From: Acidimicrobiales bacterium
Lineage (GTDB): Bacteria; Patescibacteriota; Minisyncoccia; Phycocordibacterales; UBA918
NCBI GenBank assembly: GCA_047638595.1
Contig: JBLIMJ010000002.1
Span: forward strand, 640-64,639
Direction of reading: 5' to 3'
Length of the DNA: 64,000 nt
The position numbers and the translations under genes are program-made. Shown one piece after another: positions 17,765-27,119 of this stretch. The stretch's first letter is position 1; each line of letters starts with the position of its first letter. The notes under the pieces were generated by a model. The model saw only the letters and a list, made by a program, of their open reading frames with translations. It made no database searches and was not told the origin of the DNA.

Positions 17765-18364
17765 TTATGGCGGTTTTCTATTTGAATTTGCTGCCAACGC
17801 CTGGCCCGGGTGAGTCACAATCTGACCATAGGTTTCGGGCACAGAGGCCCACACACTATCATCCGGTTGTGTTAACACTTCAGTCAGCTTGCTTTCAATG
17901 CGTTTCAGAAAAGCATGTTGCGCGTAACAAGCTTTATCAGCTGAAGCTACATATAGTTCATAAGGGCTACAGAGCATGTAGGTATGACCAACCCAAATGT
18001 TACTCACTGAAATCTGGGCTAGTTTATTTTCTTTGAACCAAAACGTTGACATTTTTTTAATCAACGGTTCATCACGAAAAAAATCAACTGAGCATTCCTC
18101 GAGCAAACCAAGCCGACTCAGAATAGTTTCGTCTGAGGCACTAGTTTCTAGTTGTAACACTAGAGACGCAGCTGTAGAGACCCACAAATCATCTGCTTCA
18201 GTCATGCCTCCTCTAACTTCACAACCAAAGGAGCAGTCATCGTACTCTTTCAAAAAGACTAACTTATCATCAGTATGTCCAGCTTCCCAGTCATAAGCTT
18301 CAAATATTGGGTTTAAAGGATCAAACATTTGCGTAACTCCATGGTTGCAAAATTTCTTCTTCAC
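17765..18364 (-). CDS. hypothetical cytoplasmic protein (199 aa) located between tuf and fusA
   Basis: ORF, no recognisable family. Confidence 0.5.
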   Translation of the reverse strand: MKKKFCNHGVTQMFDPLNPIFEAYDWEAGHTDDKLVFLKEYDDCSFGCEVRGGMTEADDLWVSTAASLVLQLETSASDETILSRLGLLEECSVDFFRDEPLIKKMSTFWFKENKLAQISVSNIWVGHTYMLCSPYELYVASADKACYAQHAFLKRIESKLTEVLTQPDDSVWASVPETYGQIVTHPGQALAANSNRKPP

Positions 18365-18585
18365 GGTCGAGTATGCATAATTTTAATGAATATGTAAAGC
18401 AAAAGACCAGCCAGTGCCGGTCCTTTGCTTTATTGGTCTTCAGTCATTAGGGTCAAGTTTCTAATTAGCTAATCGGTATATAGAGAGAGTAAATCATCAA
18501 CTTTTAATCCTTACTTTCACAAACGAATGATATCGTAAAAGTTTACTTTTATGATTCATGAGTGCAGGGAAAGAAAATTTATTTA

Positions 18586-18662
18586 CAGGATCTGTTCAGG
18601 TTATCGCTATTTTTACTAAGGTAAAAATAGCTGGTAACCTTCATTAAGACCTCACGAAGAAT
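18586..18662. repeat. copy A of 77-bp structured element (contains GCTATTTTTAC-TAAG-GTAAAAATAGC hairpin) downstream of fusA
   Basis: identical to 18694-18771. Confidence 0.8.
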
Positions 18663-18693
18663 ACTCCTCTGTTTCTTCGGTCTTTTAATCCTT
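18663..18693 (-). pseudogene. duplicated, frameshifted remnant of the fusA 3-prime end
   Basis: ctcctctgtttcttcggtcttttaatcc versus the true 3-prime end at 18807-18833 (cttctgtttcttcggtcttaatgcc). Confidence 0.6.
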
Positions 18694-18771
18694 ACAGGAT
18701 CTGTTCAGGTTATCGCTATTTTTACTAAGGTAAAAATAGCTGGTAACCTTCATTAAGACCTCACGAAGAAT
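18694..18771. repeat. copy B of the 77-bp element
   Basis: identical to copy A. Confidence 0.8.
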
Positions 18772-18806
18772 AAAAATAAGGCACCCTGCGGGGTGCCTTA
18801 TTTTTA
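18772..18806 (-). terminator. fusA intrinsic terminator AAGGCACCC-TGCG-GGGTGCCTT with flanking A/T runs (bidirectional)
   Basis: abuts fusA stop codon. Confidence 0.7.
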
Positions 18807-20993
18807 TTCTTCTGTTTCTTCGGTCTTAATGCCTCTCGCTGCTTTAATTTCGGCAGCGACATTTGGTGGTACTACTTCGTAGTGGTCAAATTCCATAGTC
18901 ATTGAGGCGCGTCCTTGTGTCATAGATCGTAGTGAGTTTGTGTATCCGAACATTTCAGAGAGTGGTACTTTCGCATTTACGATAGTCTTTCCTCCGAGTT
19001 CTTCAGAACCTTCAACCTGTCCACGCTTAGAAGAAATGTTTCCATTTACGTCTCCTAAGTATTCTTCTGGTGTTCGTACTTCAACCTTCATCACCGGTTC
19101 AAGGAGTACTGCGCTTGCACGCTTGGAAGCTTCTTTAAATGCATTGATTCCTGCAAGTTTGAAGGCGATTTCACTTGAGTCCACGTCATGGTATGAACCA
19201 TCGTAAAGCTCAATTGATACATCTTCCATCTTGTATCCAGCAACCTGCCCTCTCGCCATAGCTTCCTTACACCCTTTCATTACTGGAACAATGTATTCCT
19301 GTGGAATCACACCTCCCTTAATACTATTGATGAATTCGAAATGGTCTTCTCGCGTTACATTCTTTGCAAGCTTCTTTGGTTCACCATCCTCATCTAACTC
19401 TAGTGCTTCAAGCGGCTTGATTCGAATCTTCACGTGACCGTATTGCCCACGTCCACCTGACTGCTTGATGTACTTGTGTTCTGCTTCGGCCTCTCGTTGG
19501 ATTGTTTCTCGGTATGCTACTTGTGGCTTACCAATATCCGCTTCAACACCAAACTCTCGTTTCATTCGGTCAACAAGAATGTCGAGGTGAAGCTCACCCA
19601 TACCAGCAATAATAGTTTCAAGTGTTTCAGGATCAGAAGATACCTTAAATGTAGGGTCTTCATCAGAAAGTCGTTTAAGTGCCATTCCCATTTTTTCCTG
19701 GTCTTGCTTTGTTTTAGGCTCTACACGCACTGCAACCACTGGTTCAGGGAACGTAATAGTTTCAAGGAGCATCGGTGCATCCACATCACAAAGTGTATGT
19801 GAAGTTTTTACTTCTTTAATTCCTACCGCTGCAGCAATCTCTCCTGCGTACACTTCATCCACCTCTTCTCGTTTGTCTGCCATAAGTCGTACGATTCGTC
19901 CTACTCGTTCTTTGTTTCCAGTAGATGAGTTCATGATGTATGTCCCAGACTTCATCGTACCTGAATACACACGGAAGAATGCAAGTTGCCCCACAAACTT
20001 ATCGTCTTGTAGTTTGAACACAAGAGCGCTCAATGGTTCATCATCAGAAGGTTTCCGTGTGATGACAGTTTCTTCATCTTTGATGTCAGTTCCTTGAATA
20101 TCAGGAAGATCAAGTGGAGACGGGAGGTAGTCAACCACAGCATCAAGTACAAGTTGTACACCGATGTTCTGCAATGCAGTACCGGCCATAACAGGGAAGA
20201 TTTCATTTGCGAGCACCGCAACACGAAGTACTCGTTTCAAGTCTTCGTTTGAAGGTTCATTTCCTTCAAGAAAAGCTTCCATAAGCGCATCATCATGCTC
20301 CACAACTCGTTCAACAAGTTCCGCTCGACGTGCTACTGCTTCTGCAACAAACTCTTCAGGAATGTCCGCTTCAGTAACATCTGTTCCCATTTCTCCTGAA
20401 AAAGAGTACGATTTCATAGTGATAAGGTCTACCACTCCACGCATGTCATTTTCTGCCCCCATAGGAATCTGGATTCGGCACGCTTTCTTTGAAAGACGTT
20501 CTTCGATAGATTTAACCGCAGCATCGTAGTCAGCTCCCATTTTGTCCATCTTGTTTACAAAACAGATTCGTGGCACTGCAGCTTCGTCAGCATACCCCCA
20601 GTTTGTTTCAGTCTGTGGCTCTACACCAGCAGCACCATCAAATACCACAACCGCACCATCAAGTACACGCATAGAACGCTTTACCTCTGCAGTAAAGTCG
20701 ATGTGACCTGGAGTATCAATAATGTTAAAGGTGAACTTTTTATCGTTATTGTCTCGATCTGTTTCTAGTGTTTTTGACCAGTTACAAGAAATAGCAGCAG
20801 AAGTAATAGTAATACCACGCTCTCGTTCTTGGTCCATCCAGTCAGTGACTGTTTCACCGTCGTGAACTTCACCAATCTTATGACTCATTCCTGTATAGAA
20901 AAGAATTCGTTCAGATGTAGTTGTTTTACCAGCATCAACGTGCGCAACAATACCGAAGTTACGTAGTCGATCTAGTGGAAATGCTCGTGCCAT
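18804..20993 (-). CDS. fusA: elongation factor G
   Basis: 729 aa; AHVDAGKTTT, DTPGHIDF, NKMD. Confidence 0.97.
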   Translation of the reverse strand: MARAFPLDRLRNFGIVAHVDAGKTTTSERILFYTGMSHKIGEVHDGETVTDWMDQERERGITITSAAISCNWSKTLETDRDNNDKKFTFNIIDTPGHIDFTAEVKRSMRVLDGAVVVFDGAAGVEPQTETNWGYADEAAVPRICFVNKMDKMGADYDAAVKSIEERLSKKACRIQIPMGAENDMRGVVDLITMKSYSFSGEMGTDVTEADIPEEFVAEAVARRAELVERVVEHDDALMEAFLEGNEPSNEDLKRVLRVAVLANEIFPVMAGTALQNIGVQLVLDAVVDYLPSPLDLPDIQGTDIKDEETVITRKPSDDEPLSALVFKLQDDKFVGQLAFFRVYSGTMKSGTYIMNSSTGNKERVGRIVRLMADKREEVDEVYAGEIAAAVGIKEVKTSHTLCDVDAPMLLETITFPEPVVAVRVEPKTKQDQEKMGMALKRLSDEDPTFKVSSDPETLETIIAGMGELHLDILVDRMKREFGVEADIGKPQVAYRETIQREAEAEHKYIKQSGGRGQYGHVKIRIKPLEALELDEDGEPKKLAKNVTREDHFEFINSIKGGVIPQEYIVPVMKGCKEAMARGQVAGYKMEDVSIELYDGSYHDVDSSEIAFKLAGINAFKEASKRASAVLLEPVMKVEVRTPEEYLGDVNGNISSKRGQVEGSEELGGKTIVNAKVPLSEMFGYTNSLRSMTQGRASMTMEFDHYEVVPPNVAAEIKAARGIKTEETEE

Positions 20994-21338
20994 AATAATG
21001 TTAAATATGTGTGTAAATAATAAATCACGTAAAAAATAACTCTTACGCGCCTCCCTTCACCTTTTCATATACATATATATGTATTTCGTCGGAGAAAGTA
21101 ATTGTCCAAGGACAAAGTGCGAGTACTATACGGCATTTATCCCATTTAAGCAACGAAATAATACCCTTAAATGACCACTTAAAGCGAAGCTTTTAAGTGG
21201 TCAATTATGTGCAACATACATCCCAATACCTTTGGTTTAGGATGAATATTGACTTTTATACTAAAATATGATATAATACAAATAGGTTAAGGGAACGAAT
21301 ATTCACTTCGTTTTCACCCCGAGCAACAGGAGATCATC

Positions 21339-21779
21339 ATGATTCGCTCAATTGTACTTTCTATCACTATCTTCCTTGGCCTGTCTGGCCAGACTTACGC
21401 ACAGAGCATATCTGAAGCAGACATGGAAACGTCTTTCAACACCGGAAAGATGGTCGACAGCCGTATCGTCGATCAAGAATTTACTCGCATTGGTGGCACG
21501 GTGCCGCTCATGCTGGTCATGTTCGAAGATCCGAACGTAGCAGAACTCGAAAAGCTTTGTCTCGATGTCTGCATTTTTGAATTCACTGCCGTTGAGGGCG
21601 ATATGATGCTATCAGGCATCAAGGCAAATCCCGACGACATGCTGGATCTTCACATCTACAAAGCGTACATGGCCCTGCGTCACGTCGAGGCTCATGACAC
21701 AGGTAGTTTTTTCCACCAAGTGAGGAAGATTGCGAGGGGAAACCCTAGCATCCTTGTCGTGCGAGAGCCAAACAGCTAA
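21339..21779 (+). CDS. hypothetical secreted protein (signal peptide)
   Basis: MIRSIVLSITIFLGLSGQTYAQ. Confidence 0.5.
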   Translation: MIRSIVLSITIFLGLSGQTYAQSISEADMETSFNTGKMVDSRIVDQEFTRIGGTVPLMLVMFEDPNVAELEKLCLDVCIFEFTAVEGDMMLSGIKANPDDMLDLHIYKAYMALRHVEAHDTGSFFHQVRKIARGNPSILVVREPNS

Positions 21780-21933
21780 ATAATTGACAGGGCGGCCAGC
21801 GGCCGTTCTGTCACAACACGCGCTGTGTTTTCTAAAAAGAAAACCTCTGCGTGTTTTCTTTTAGATATGACATCGCATACCTTGACTTTATATAAAAATA
21901 TGTTATTGTATTCTTCTCAAATAGAGAAACGTT

Positions 21934-22512
21934 ATGAAACACATCATCAATCCCTTCACTTATTTACGTGAGGCATACACAGCTGCCCTCCAATCCTTTG
22001 AGTCAGAAGTTTCTCGAAGTTTTGCAGTGACTGCAACAGTGCTTATCCCTGTTTTTGTCGTACTCTTATTCTCTTCAACACTCACTAGTGCCGCACTCTA
22101 TGTATTCCCTGCGAAAACCGTAGACATCCAAGCGATACAAATTGATGTAAATACAGTTGAAATTACCCTCCAAGGTAATCAAACACTTTTAAATGCTGCA
22201 GAAGTAGAGTTTTATTTTGACCCGACATACGTACATGTATATGACGTGAGGCTATCGGAAAGCCTTTGCGAAGAACAATTTATCATTACAAAAGAAGTCG
22301 ACAACATTACTGGTCGTATCTTCTACCAGTGTGGGACAGTGACTCCATTTGCGGGACAAGATACAACCATTGCAACACTGAAAGTTATTCCGCTAAAAGT
22401 TGGTACTTCACCACTTTCATTTGGAAGCAATACAAACGTACTTGCACATGACGGATATGGCTCAAACGTCACCAAAGATCGTCTTGCAAGCATCTTCCAG
22501 TTCTCTGACTAA
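21934..22512 (+). CDS. hypothetical membrane-anchored protein
   Basis: N-terminal TM helix; ORF. Confidence 0.5.
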   Translation: MKHIINPFTYLREAYTAALQSFESEVSRSFAVTATVLIPVFVVLLFSSTLTSAALYVFPAKTVDIQAIQIDVNTVEITLQGNQTLLNAAEVEFYFDPTYVHVYDVRLSESLCEEQFIITKEVDNITGRIFYQCGTVTPFAGQDTTIATLKVIPLKVGTSPLSFGSNTNVLAHDGYGSNVTKDRLASIFQFSD

Positions 22513-22686
22513 AGAAAGCATGCAAAAACTTAAACACGTAACGGATTGCTCCGTTACGTGTTTTTTGACATCAGAAGCTTTTATTACTAGTCACAGCAAT
22601 CATCCATTCTCTGAAGTAACCAAGGTAAGATATATAAATGAGGAGTTGATGCTCCAATAAGTTCATCAAACCTGGGAGGTTTTATA

Positions 22687-23073
22687 ATGCGACATATACT
22701 TACTGCCCTTTGCTTAATGACATTTTCGTTTAGCCAGGCACACGCTGGCTCTGTGGATGAAGAATACATTTGGCTGCCAAAGGAACATACTGTGTGCATG
22801 ACACTCACTGGTCTTGAAGACACAGTCACGGAAGTGAGTTTTGCTGATTGCGGTACCATACCGTACGAAATGCGATTTAGGGTTGCGAACAAAACTGATG
22901 GGAATAATGGATTCAAACTTCTGAGTCTGGAATATATTTTTGTCGCCATTACCGAAGATGGCACAAGTATCGCATCAACAGAGATTCAAGTTCTGTACAG
23001 CATGGATCCACAACCAACTGATGATACAAGCGTATCAAAAGTATTTGTTGGTACCAAAAATATAAATCCTTAA
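22687..23073 (+). CDS. hypothetical secreted protein
   Basis: signal peptide MRHILTALCLMTFSFSQAHA. Confidence 0.5.
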   Translation: MRHILTALCLMTFSFSQAHAGSVDEEYIWLPKEHTVCMTLTGLEDTVTEVSFADCGTIPYEMRFRVANKTDGNNGFKLLSLEYIFVAITEDGTSIASTEIQVLYSMDPQPTDDTSVSKVFVGTKNINP

Positions 23074-23077
23074 ACAC

Positions 23078-23150
23078 GGAAGTGACCAAAGTAAAAATGA
23101 ATTTTTACTTTGGTCACTTCCCCTCCGCGCTTAAGCGCGGTTTTTGTTTG
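23078..23150 (+). terminator. two consecutive hairpins (21-bp stem GGAAGTGACCAAAGTAAAAAT.., then CGCGCTTAAGCGCG plus T-run)
   Basis: read from sequence. Confidence 0.65.
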
Positions 23151-23206
23151 AAAGAAATATCCCTCTCCTCCCGTATAATGAAAGTAATACTTAGTAACAA
23201 TTCTTT

Positions 23207-25288
23207 ATGAAGCAGAGCTTATACGACATAGTAGTAATCGGCGCAGGCTCAGGAGGTCTTACTACCGCAGTTGGTTTTTCCAAAGTTGGAAAGAAAGTTC
23301 TTCTTGTGGAACGTGAACATATCGGTGGAGAGTGCACTAACTCAGGGTGTATTCCAAGTAAAGCGCTTCTGCATCATGCGAAGAGTTATCATGCTGCCAA
23401 ACAGATTTCAGGACAGAGTAAAGAAGGTGAAACCTACCGTACAGAAGCATTCAACTACGTGCGAGACAAAGTAAATAGTATCCTTGAAGAAGAAACGCCT
23501 GAAACATTTGAAAAACTGGGTATTGATGTAGTCATGGGGGAAGCCGTGTTTCATACAAAGTGTTCAATCAAGGTAAATGGCACAACCTACGGGTATAAAA
23601 AAGCTATCATCGCCACCGGCTCCTCCCCACAAATGATCAAAGTCGAAGGACTTAAGACATCGGATGTCTTAAGTAATCAAAATATCTTTGAGTTGGACGA
23701 TGTGCCGAAGAAACTCCTTATCATCGGTTCAGGACCAATCGGAATGGAGATGGGGCAAGCTTTTGCAATGCTCGGAAGTAAGGTGACTATTGCAAGTATC
23801 GATAGTCGTTTCGCACGACTTGAAGATGATTCTATTTCACCAATCATTCAAGCTGAGTTTGAAAAACTTGGTATAGATATTCATCTTAATGCATTTATTC
23901 AAAAGGTGGAAAGTGACGAGGCTGTTTTCGAGCTGAAAGAGAACGATGAAGTAACTGGTGAAGTTACAGTGCCATTCGATAAAGTACTTATCGCCATCGG
24001 CCGAGTGCCGAACCTCCCAGAAGGCTTGGAGATTGCTGGAATCAAGTCAGAGTCGTACGGTATAGTCGTCGACAAGCAACACCGTACCAGCAATAAACAT
24101 GTCTATGCGGTAGGTGACGTCGCGCAGAAACTGAAATTCACTCACACTGCTGACGACATTGGGAGACAGGTGGTCATGCATGTCCTTAGTAAAGGATGGG
24201 TACGTTTAAATACTAAAAAAGCAGTACCTAAAGTTACCTACACAAAACCCGAGATGGCCCAAGTCGGTCTTTCTCACACAGCAGCGTTAGAAAAATATTC
24301 TGCGCAAGAAATAATGCGTATCGAAGTACCGTACACAGCAAACCATCGCGCAAACACCGACAATGAGACTGATGGTCTAATGATTGTCATCGCACGGCGA
24401 TTGAATGGTGCCGTACTTGGAGCACATATCATCGGCGTATCTTCCGGAGAAATGATTTCTGTTTTTACACTCGCTATCGACCGCAAGATTTCCATGTGGC
24501 AACTACGGCGAATTATCTTCGCCTACCCTACCTACTGCCTTCTGATTAAAAAAGCAGGTGACTATTTCTTTGCACAACAAATTGCATCACTGAAAAATGA
24601 TTTATTATATCAATTCAAAAAACATGCACCAAAAATAATTGCACTCATCTTTTGGGGAACTATCCTCTATACATTCCAACAGTATCGAATCGATAACAAT
24701 CTTTCATATCAAGCCATACTATTGCAAGGGCTTCACTTCTTTACGAGCACCATGTACGGACCGTTGGTATACATGGGACTCTACGCCATTCGTCCAATCA
24801 TCCTCTTCCCTGCAACACTTCTCACCGCACTCTCTGGGGCACTGTTTGGTTTCTGGTGGGGTATCGCGTACACCATCTTGGGAGAAAATGCTTCCGCAAA
24901 CTTCGCATACTGGATTGGTCGTTTCTTCGGCAAAGACTTACGCCTTGAAGACTCACTCATTGGCAACTGGGTAGAAGCACTACGAAAAAATGGTTTTGGG
25001 ACAGTGCTCCTTATGCGTCTTTTTTATGTGCCATTTGATCTGACTAACTATGGTTCTGGTATTGTGAAAGTGAAATGGAGTAAATATGCATTAGCAACTG
25101 TCATCGGCATCATGCCAGGACTCACAACCTTTGTTGCACTTGGTGCTGCTGTCGATATAGAAGAGTTTCAAATGAATGGTCTCACCTTCGATGCCCTTGA
25201 CCCAAAATTCCTCGCTCTTTCAGCAACAATATTCATCGTTTCGTTGCTACTTTCAAAATTCTTAAAGTATTGGAGAGCAAAACTATAA
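23207..25288 (+). CDS. bifunctional protein: N-terminal class-I FAD-dependent pyridine nucleotide-disulfide oxidoreductase (about 450 aa, CTNSGC redox disulfide, dihydrolipoamide dehydrogenase/mercuric-reductase-like) fused to C-terminal DedA/TVP38-TMEM64 membrane domain
   Basis: GAGSGGLT, GGECTNSGCIPSK, NADH-binding GSGPIGME, dimerisation domain; C-terminal 6 TM with DedA-like signature. Confidence 0.8.
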   Translation: MKQSLYDIVVIGAGSGGLTTAVGFSKVGKKVLLVEREHIGGECTNSGCIPSKALLHHAKSYHAAKQISGQSKEGETYRTEAFNYVRDKVNSILEEETPETFEKLGIDVVMGEAVFHTKCSIKVNGTTYGYKKAIIATGSSPQMIKVEGLKTSDVLSNQNIFELDDVPKKLLIIGSGPIGMEMGQAFAMLGSKVTIASIDSRFARLEDDSISPIIQAEFEKLGIDIHLNAFIQKVESDEAVFELKENDEVTGEVTVPFDKVLIAIGRVPNLPEGLEIAGIKSESYGIVVDKQHRTSNKHVYAVGDVAQKLKFTHTADDIGRQVVMHVLSKGWVRLNTKKAVPKVTYTKPEMAQVGLSHTAALEKYSAQEIMRIEVPYTANHRANTDNETDGLMIVIARRLNGAVLGAHIIGVSSGEMISVFTLAIDRKISMWQLRRIIFAYPTYCLLIKKAGDYFFAQQIASLKNDLLYQFKKHAPKIIALIFWGTILYTFQQYRIDNNLSYQAILLQGLHFFTSTMYGPLVYMGLYAIRPIILFPATLLTALSGALFGFWWGIAYTILGENASANFAYWIGRFFGKDLRLEDSLIGNWVEALRKNGFGTVLLMRLFYVPFDLTNYGSGIVKVKWSKYALATVIGIMPGLTTFVALGAAVDIEEFQMNGLTFDALDPKFLALSATIFIVSLLLSKFLKYWRAKL

Positions 25289-25352
25289 ACACAACATATA
25301 CCATAAAGGACGGAGAACACATCTCCGTCCTTTATTTTCAGAAACTGCTCAA

Positions 25353-25715
25353 TTAAGCAACTGGCCAGACTTTCCCTGAAATAACCCAAAAAGTACCTCC
25401 GATAATTCCTAGGATTAATATAAAACCTATAACTGCAAGTGTTATTCCTAAAACACTATGCTTTCTTTTTTTAGGTTCAGACTGTGCACTTTTAATGTCA
25501 CCTCCCTCAACAGTTTTTTCTGCTTCATTTTCTGTCTGTGCAGGTGCAGAGGTATCGGCCTCTACAGCAAAATCGTTACACGCTGTATACACGAGTTTAA
25601 TTTCTTCATCGGAATAGCCGGCTTCATGAAGTTCAGCTTGTATTTTTTCGTACGGGTATCCTATTTCGATACGTTCACGTACAGCATTTAATAATTGTGG
25701 ATCCAAGTCATTCAT
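25353..25715 (-). CDS. hypothetical protein with C-terminal TM anchor
   Basis: ORF. Confidence 0.45.
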   Translation of the reverse strand: MNDLDPQLLNAVRERIEIGYPYEKIQAELHEAGYSDEEIKLVYTACNDFAVEADTSAPAQTENEAEKTVEGGDIKSAQSEPKKRKHSVLGITLAVIGFILILGIIGGTFWVISGKVWPVA

Positions 25716-25784
25716 ATCTAATATTATGCCACACTAATGTACTGAGCTTCTATTTTATAAACAGAAACATAACCATCTAATCCT

Positions 25785-25816
25785 CAATGACAATTCTTTC
25801 TCGTTTTTCATCGACA
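25785..25816 (-). repeat. remote duplicate of the 3-prime end (last 12 codons and stop) of the AbrB-like gene at 26703-26888
   Basis: tcaatgacaattctttCtcgtttttcatcgac versus tcaatgacaattctttTtcgtttttcatcgac at 26719-26750; encodes VDEKRERIVIED*. Confidence 0.75.
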
Positions 25817-25924
25817 CTCTATTATTCTTCATAGCACTCAAGCCTGGGCAGACAGGCTATAATCCTTGACAATATTCATTTTGATTATATATTAGATTTG
25901 GAAGTATCATAGAAAGGAACTCCG

Positions 25925-26524
25925 ATGGGAACAGATCACAGCAACAGACCAAACATTCTCGACAACTTGATGGATCGCAGGACAATTGTGCTTGCCGATA
26001 AGATTACAAGTAAATCAATCGGCGAGATCTGCAATCAAATTCTGACTTTGCAGACAATCTCAAATGATGAAATATTTCTAATCATCCAAAGTGGTGGTGG
26101 TAATACGCACTCAGCACTGACCATGTGCGATATGATGACACATCTCATCACTGCACCGATTACTGGTATTGCACTTGGTGATTGCCACTCGGCTGCAACT
26201 TTCATCATGTTACATTGCGATACACGTATCGCTTTACCGCATGCAAAATTCATTATCCATTCTGGCACAATTAGTGGCGTCTCAACCCGCATGGATGATG
26301 CCGCGGAAGAAGAAGTGAAACATCTTCTTCAAGACATCCAGAGAACCTCAAAGGAGGTTGTGAAGGTTTATATGGATAGGCTTGGCAAAAGTAAGGCCCA
26401 AGTCGAAGCAATCATTGCTCGAGGTGACCAATCCTTCGACAACGCCCTTTCTGCAGAAGATGCCATGAAAATTGGTCTTGTTCAAAAAATCCAGACGGGG
26501 AAACTTCCCATATTTGGTAAATGA
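25925..26524 (+). CDS. ClpP-family serine protease paralog (divergent; Ser/His/Asp positions appear conserved)
   Basis: aligns with canonical ClpP at 60571: GDCHSAATF versus [15 protein letters not shown] versus MIHQPS; RTIVLAD..I..QIL..L. Confidence 0.65.
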   Translation: MGTDHSNRPNILDNLMDRRTIVLADKITSKSIGEICNQILTLQTISNDEIFLIIQSGGGNTHSALTMCDMMTHLITAPITGIALGDCHSAATFIMLHCDTRIALPHAKFIIHSGTISGVSTRMDDAAEEEVKHLLQDIQRTSKEVVKVYMDRLGKSKAQVEAIIARGDQSFDNALSAEDAMKIGLVQKIQTGKLPIFGK

Positions 26525-26544
26525 TTCTACCGAGGATTGAGAAT

Positions 26545-26570
26545 CCCGCGTTAAAGGCGGGGTTTTTTCT
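26545..26570 (+). terminator. CCCGCG-TTAAAG-GCGGGG plus TTTTTTCTTTT
   Basis: read from sequence. Confidence 0.65.
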
Positions 26571-26650
26571 TTTCCCTATCAAAGATACTAAAAGGATTGG
26601 GATTTATGCATACGTTTAGAAAATCATATAAGCACAATACATAATATCTC

Positions 26651-26688
26651 AAATACCTATCATACGATTAATCGTATGATAGGTATTT
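26651..26688. promoter_or_regulatory. perfect 17-bp-arm palindrome AAATACCTATCATACGA-TTAA-TCGTATGATAGGTATTT just 3-prime of the AbrB-like gene
   Basis: read from sequence; terminator or operator. Confidence 0.5.
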
Positions 26689-26702
26689 GTCTTTAAATAT
26701 CT

Positions 26703-26888
26703 TTACCCTACCCAATCTTCAATGACAATTCTTTTTCGTTTTTCATCGACGGTAATCTGCAGCTTTTGTTTTGACTGCCAGCGAAATAGACGCACTGCTT
26801 CTAAGGGGAGTGTGACGCTATAACTTTTTCCATTTGAAATTTTATTTAAAGACCGCACATTCTCTTCCCCTACCTTTCTTCGCGCCAT
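26703..26888 (-). CDS. AbrB/MazE/SpoVT-family swapped-hairpin DNA-binding protein (antitoxin-like, 61 aa)
   Basis: KSYSVTLPLEAVRLF..KLQITVDEKRKRIVIE pattern. Confidence 0.55.
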   Translation of the reverse strand: MARRKVGEENVRSLNKISNGKSYSVTLPLEAVRLFRWQSKQKLQITVDEKRKRIVIEDWVG

Positions 26889-27091
26889 AATAGTTTCATT
26901 ACACTTAATACATACATAGTATACCGTATCTTATAGAGAATCCTTGCTTTTATCCTTGTATTAAAGCAAGGATTCTTCTTAATATGATGACACATGTAGT
27001 TGTAAAAATATCAAGAGTGCTCTTTTGGCTATCACCAGGAGCTTGCTGAATACAAACCAAATACAAGAAACTGACCAACGGACCAGACAAA

Positions 27092-27119
27092 AAGGCGCGC
27101 AAGGAATCTTGCGCGCCTT
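27092..27119 (-). terminator. AAGGCGCGCAAG-GAAT-CTTGCGCGCCTT, T-run on minus strand
   Basis: perfect 12-bp stem. Confidence 0.55.

Noticed and set aside
18586-18771. CRISPR array
   Set aside because: Only two copies, with a spacer that is itself a fusA fragment; no further repeats and no cas genes.
16655-20529. Multiple 60-190-aa ORFs antisense or out of frame within tuf and fusA
   Set aside because: Embedded in highly conserved EF-Tu/EF-G coding sequence; Ser/Thr/Arg-rich translations; spurious.
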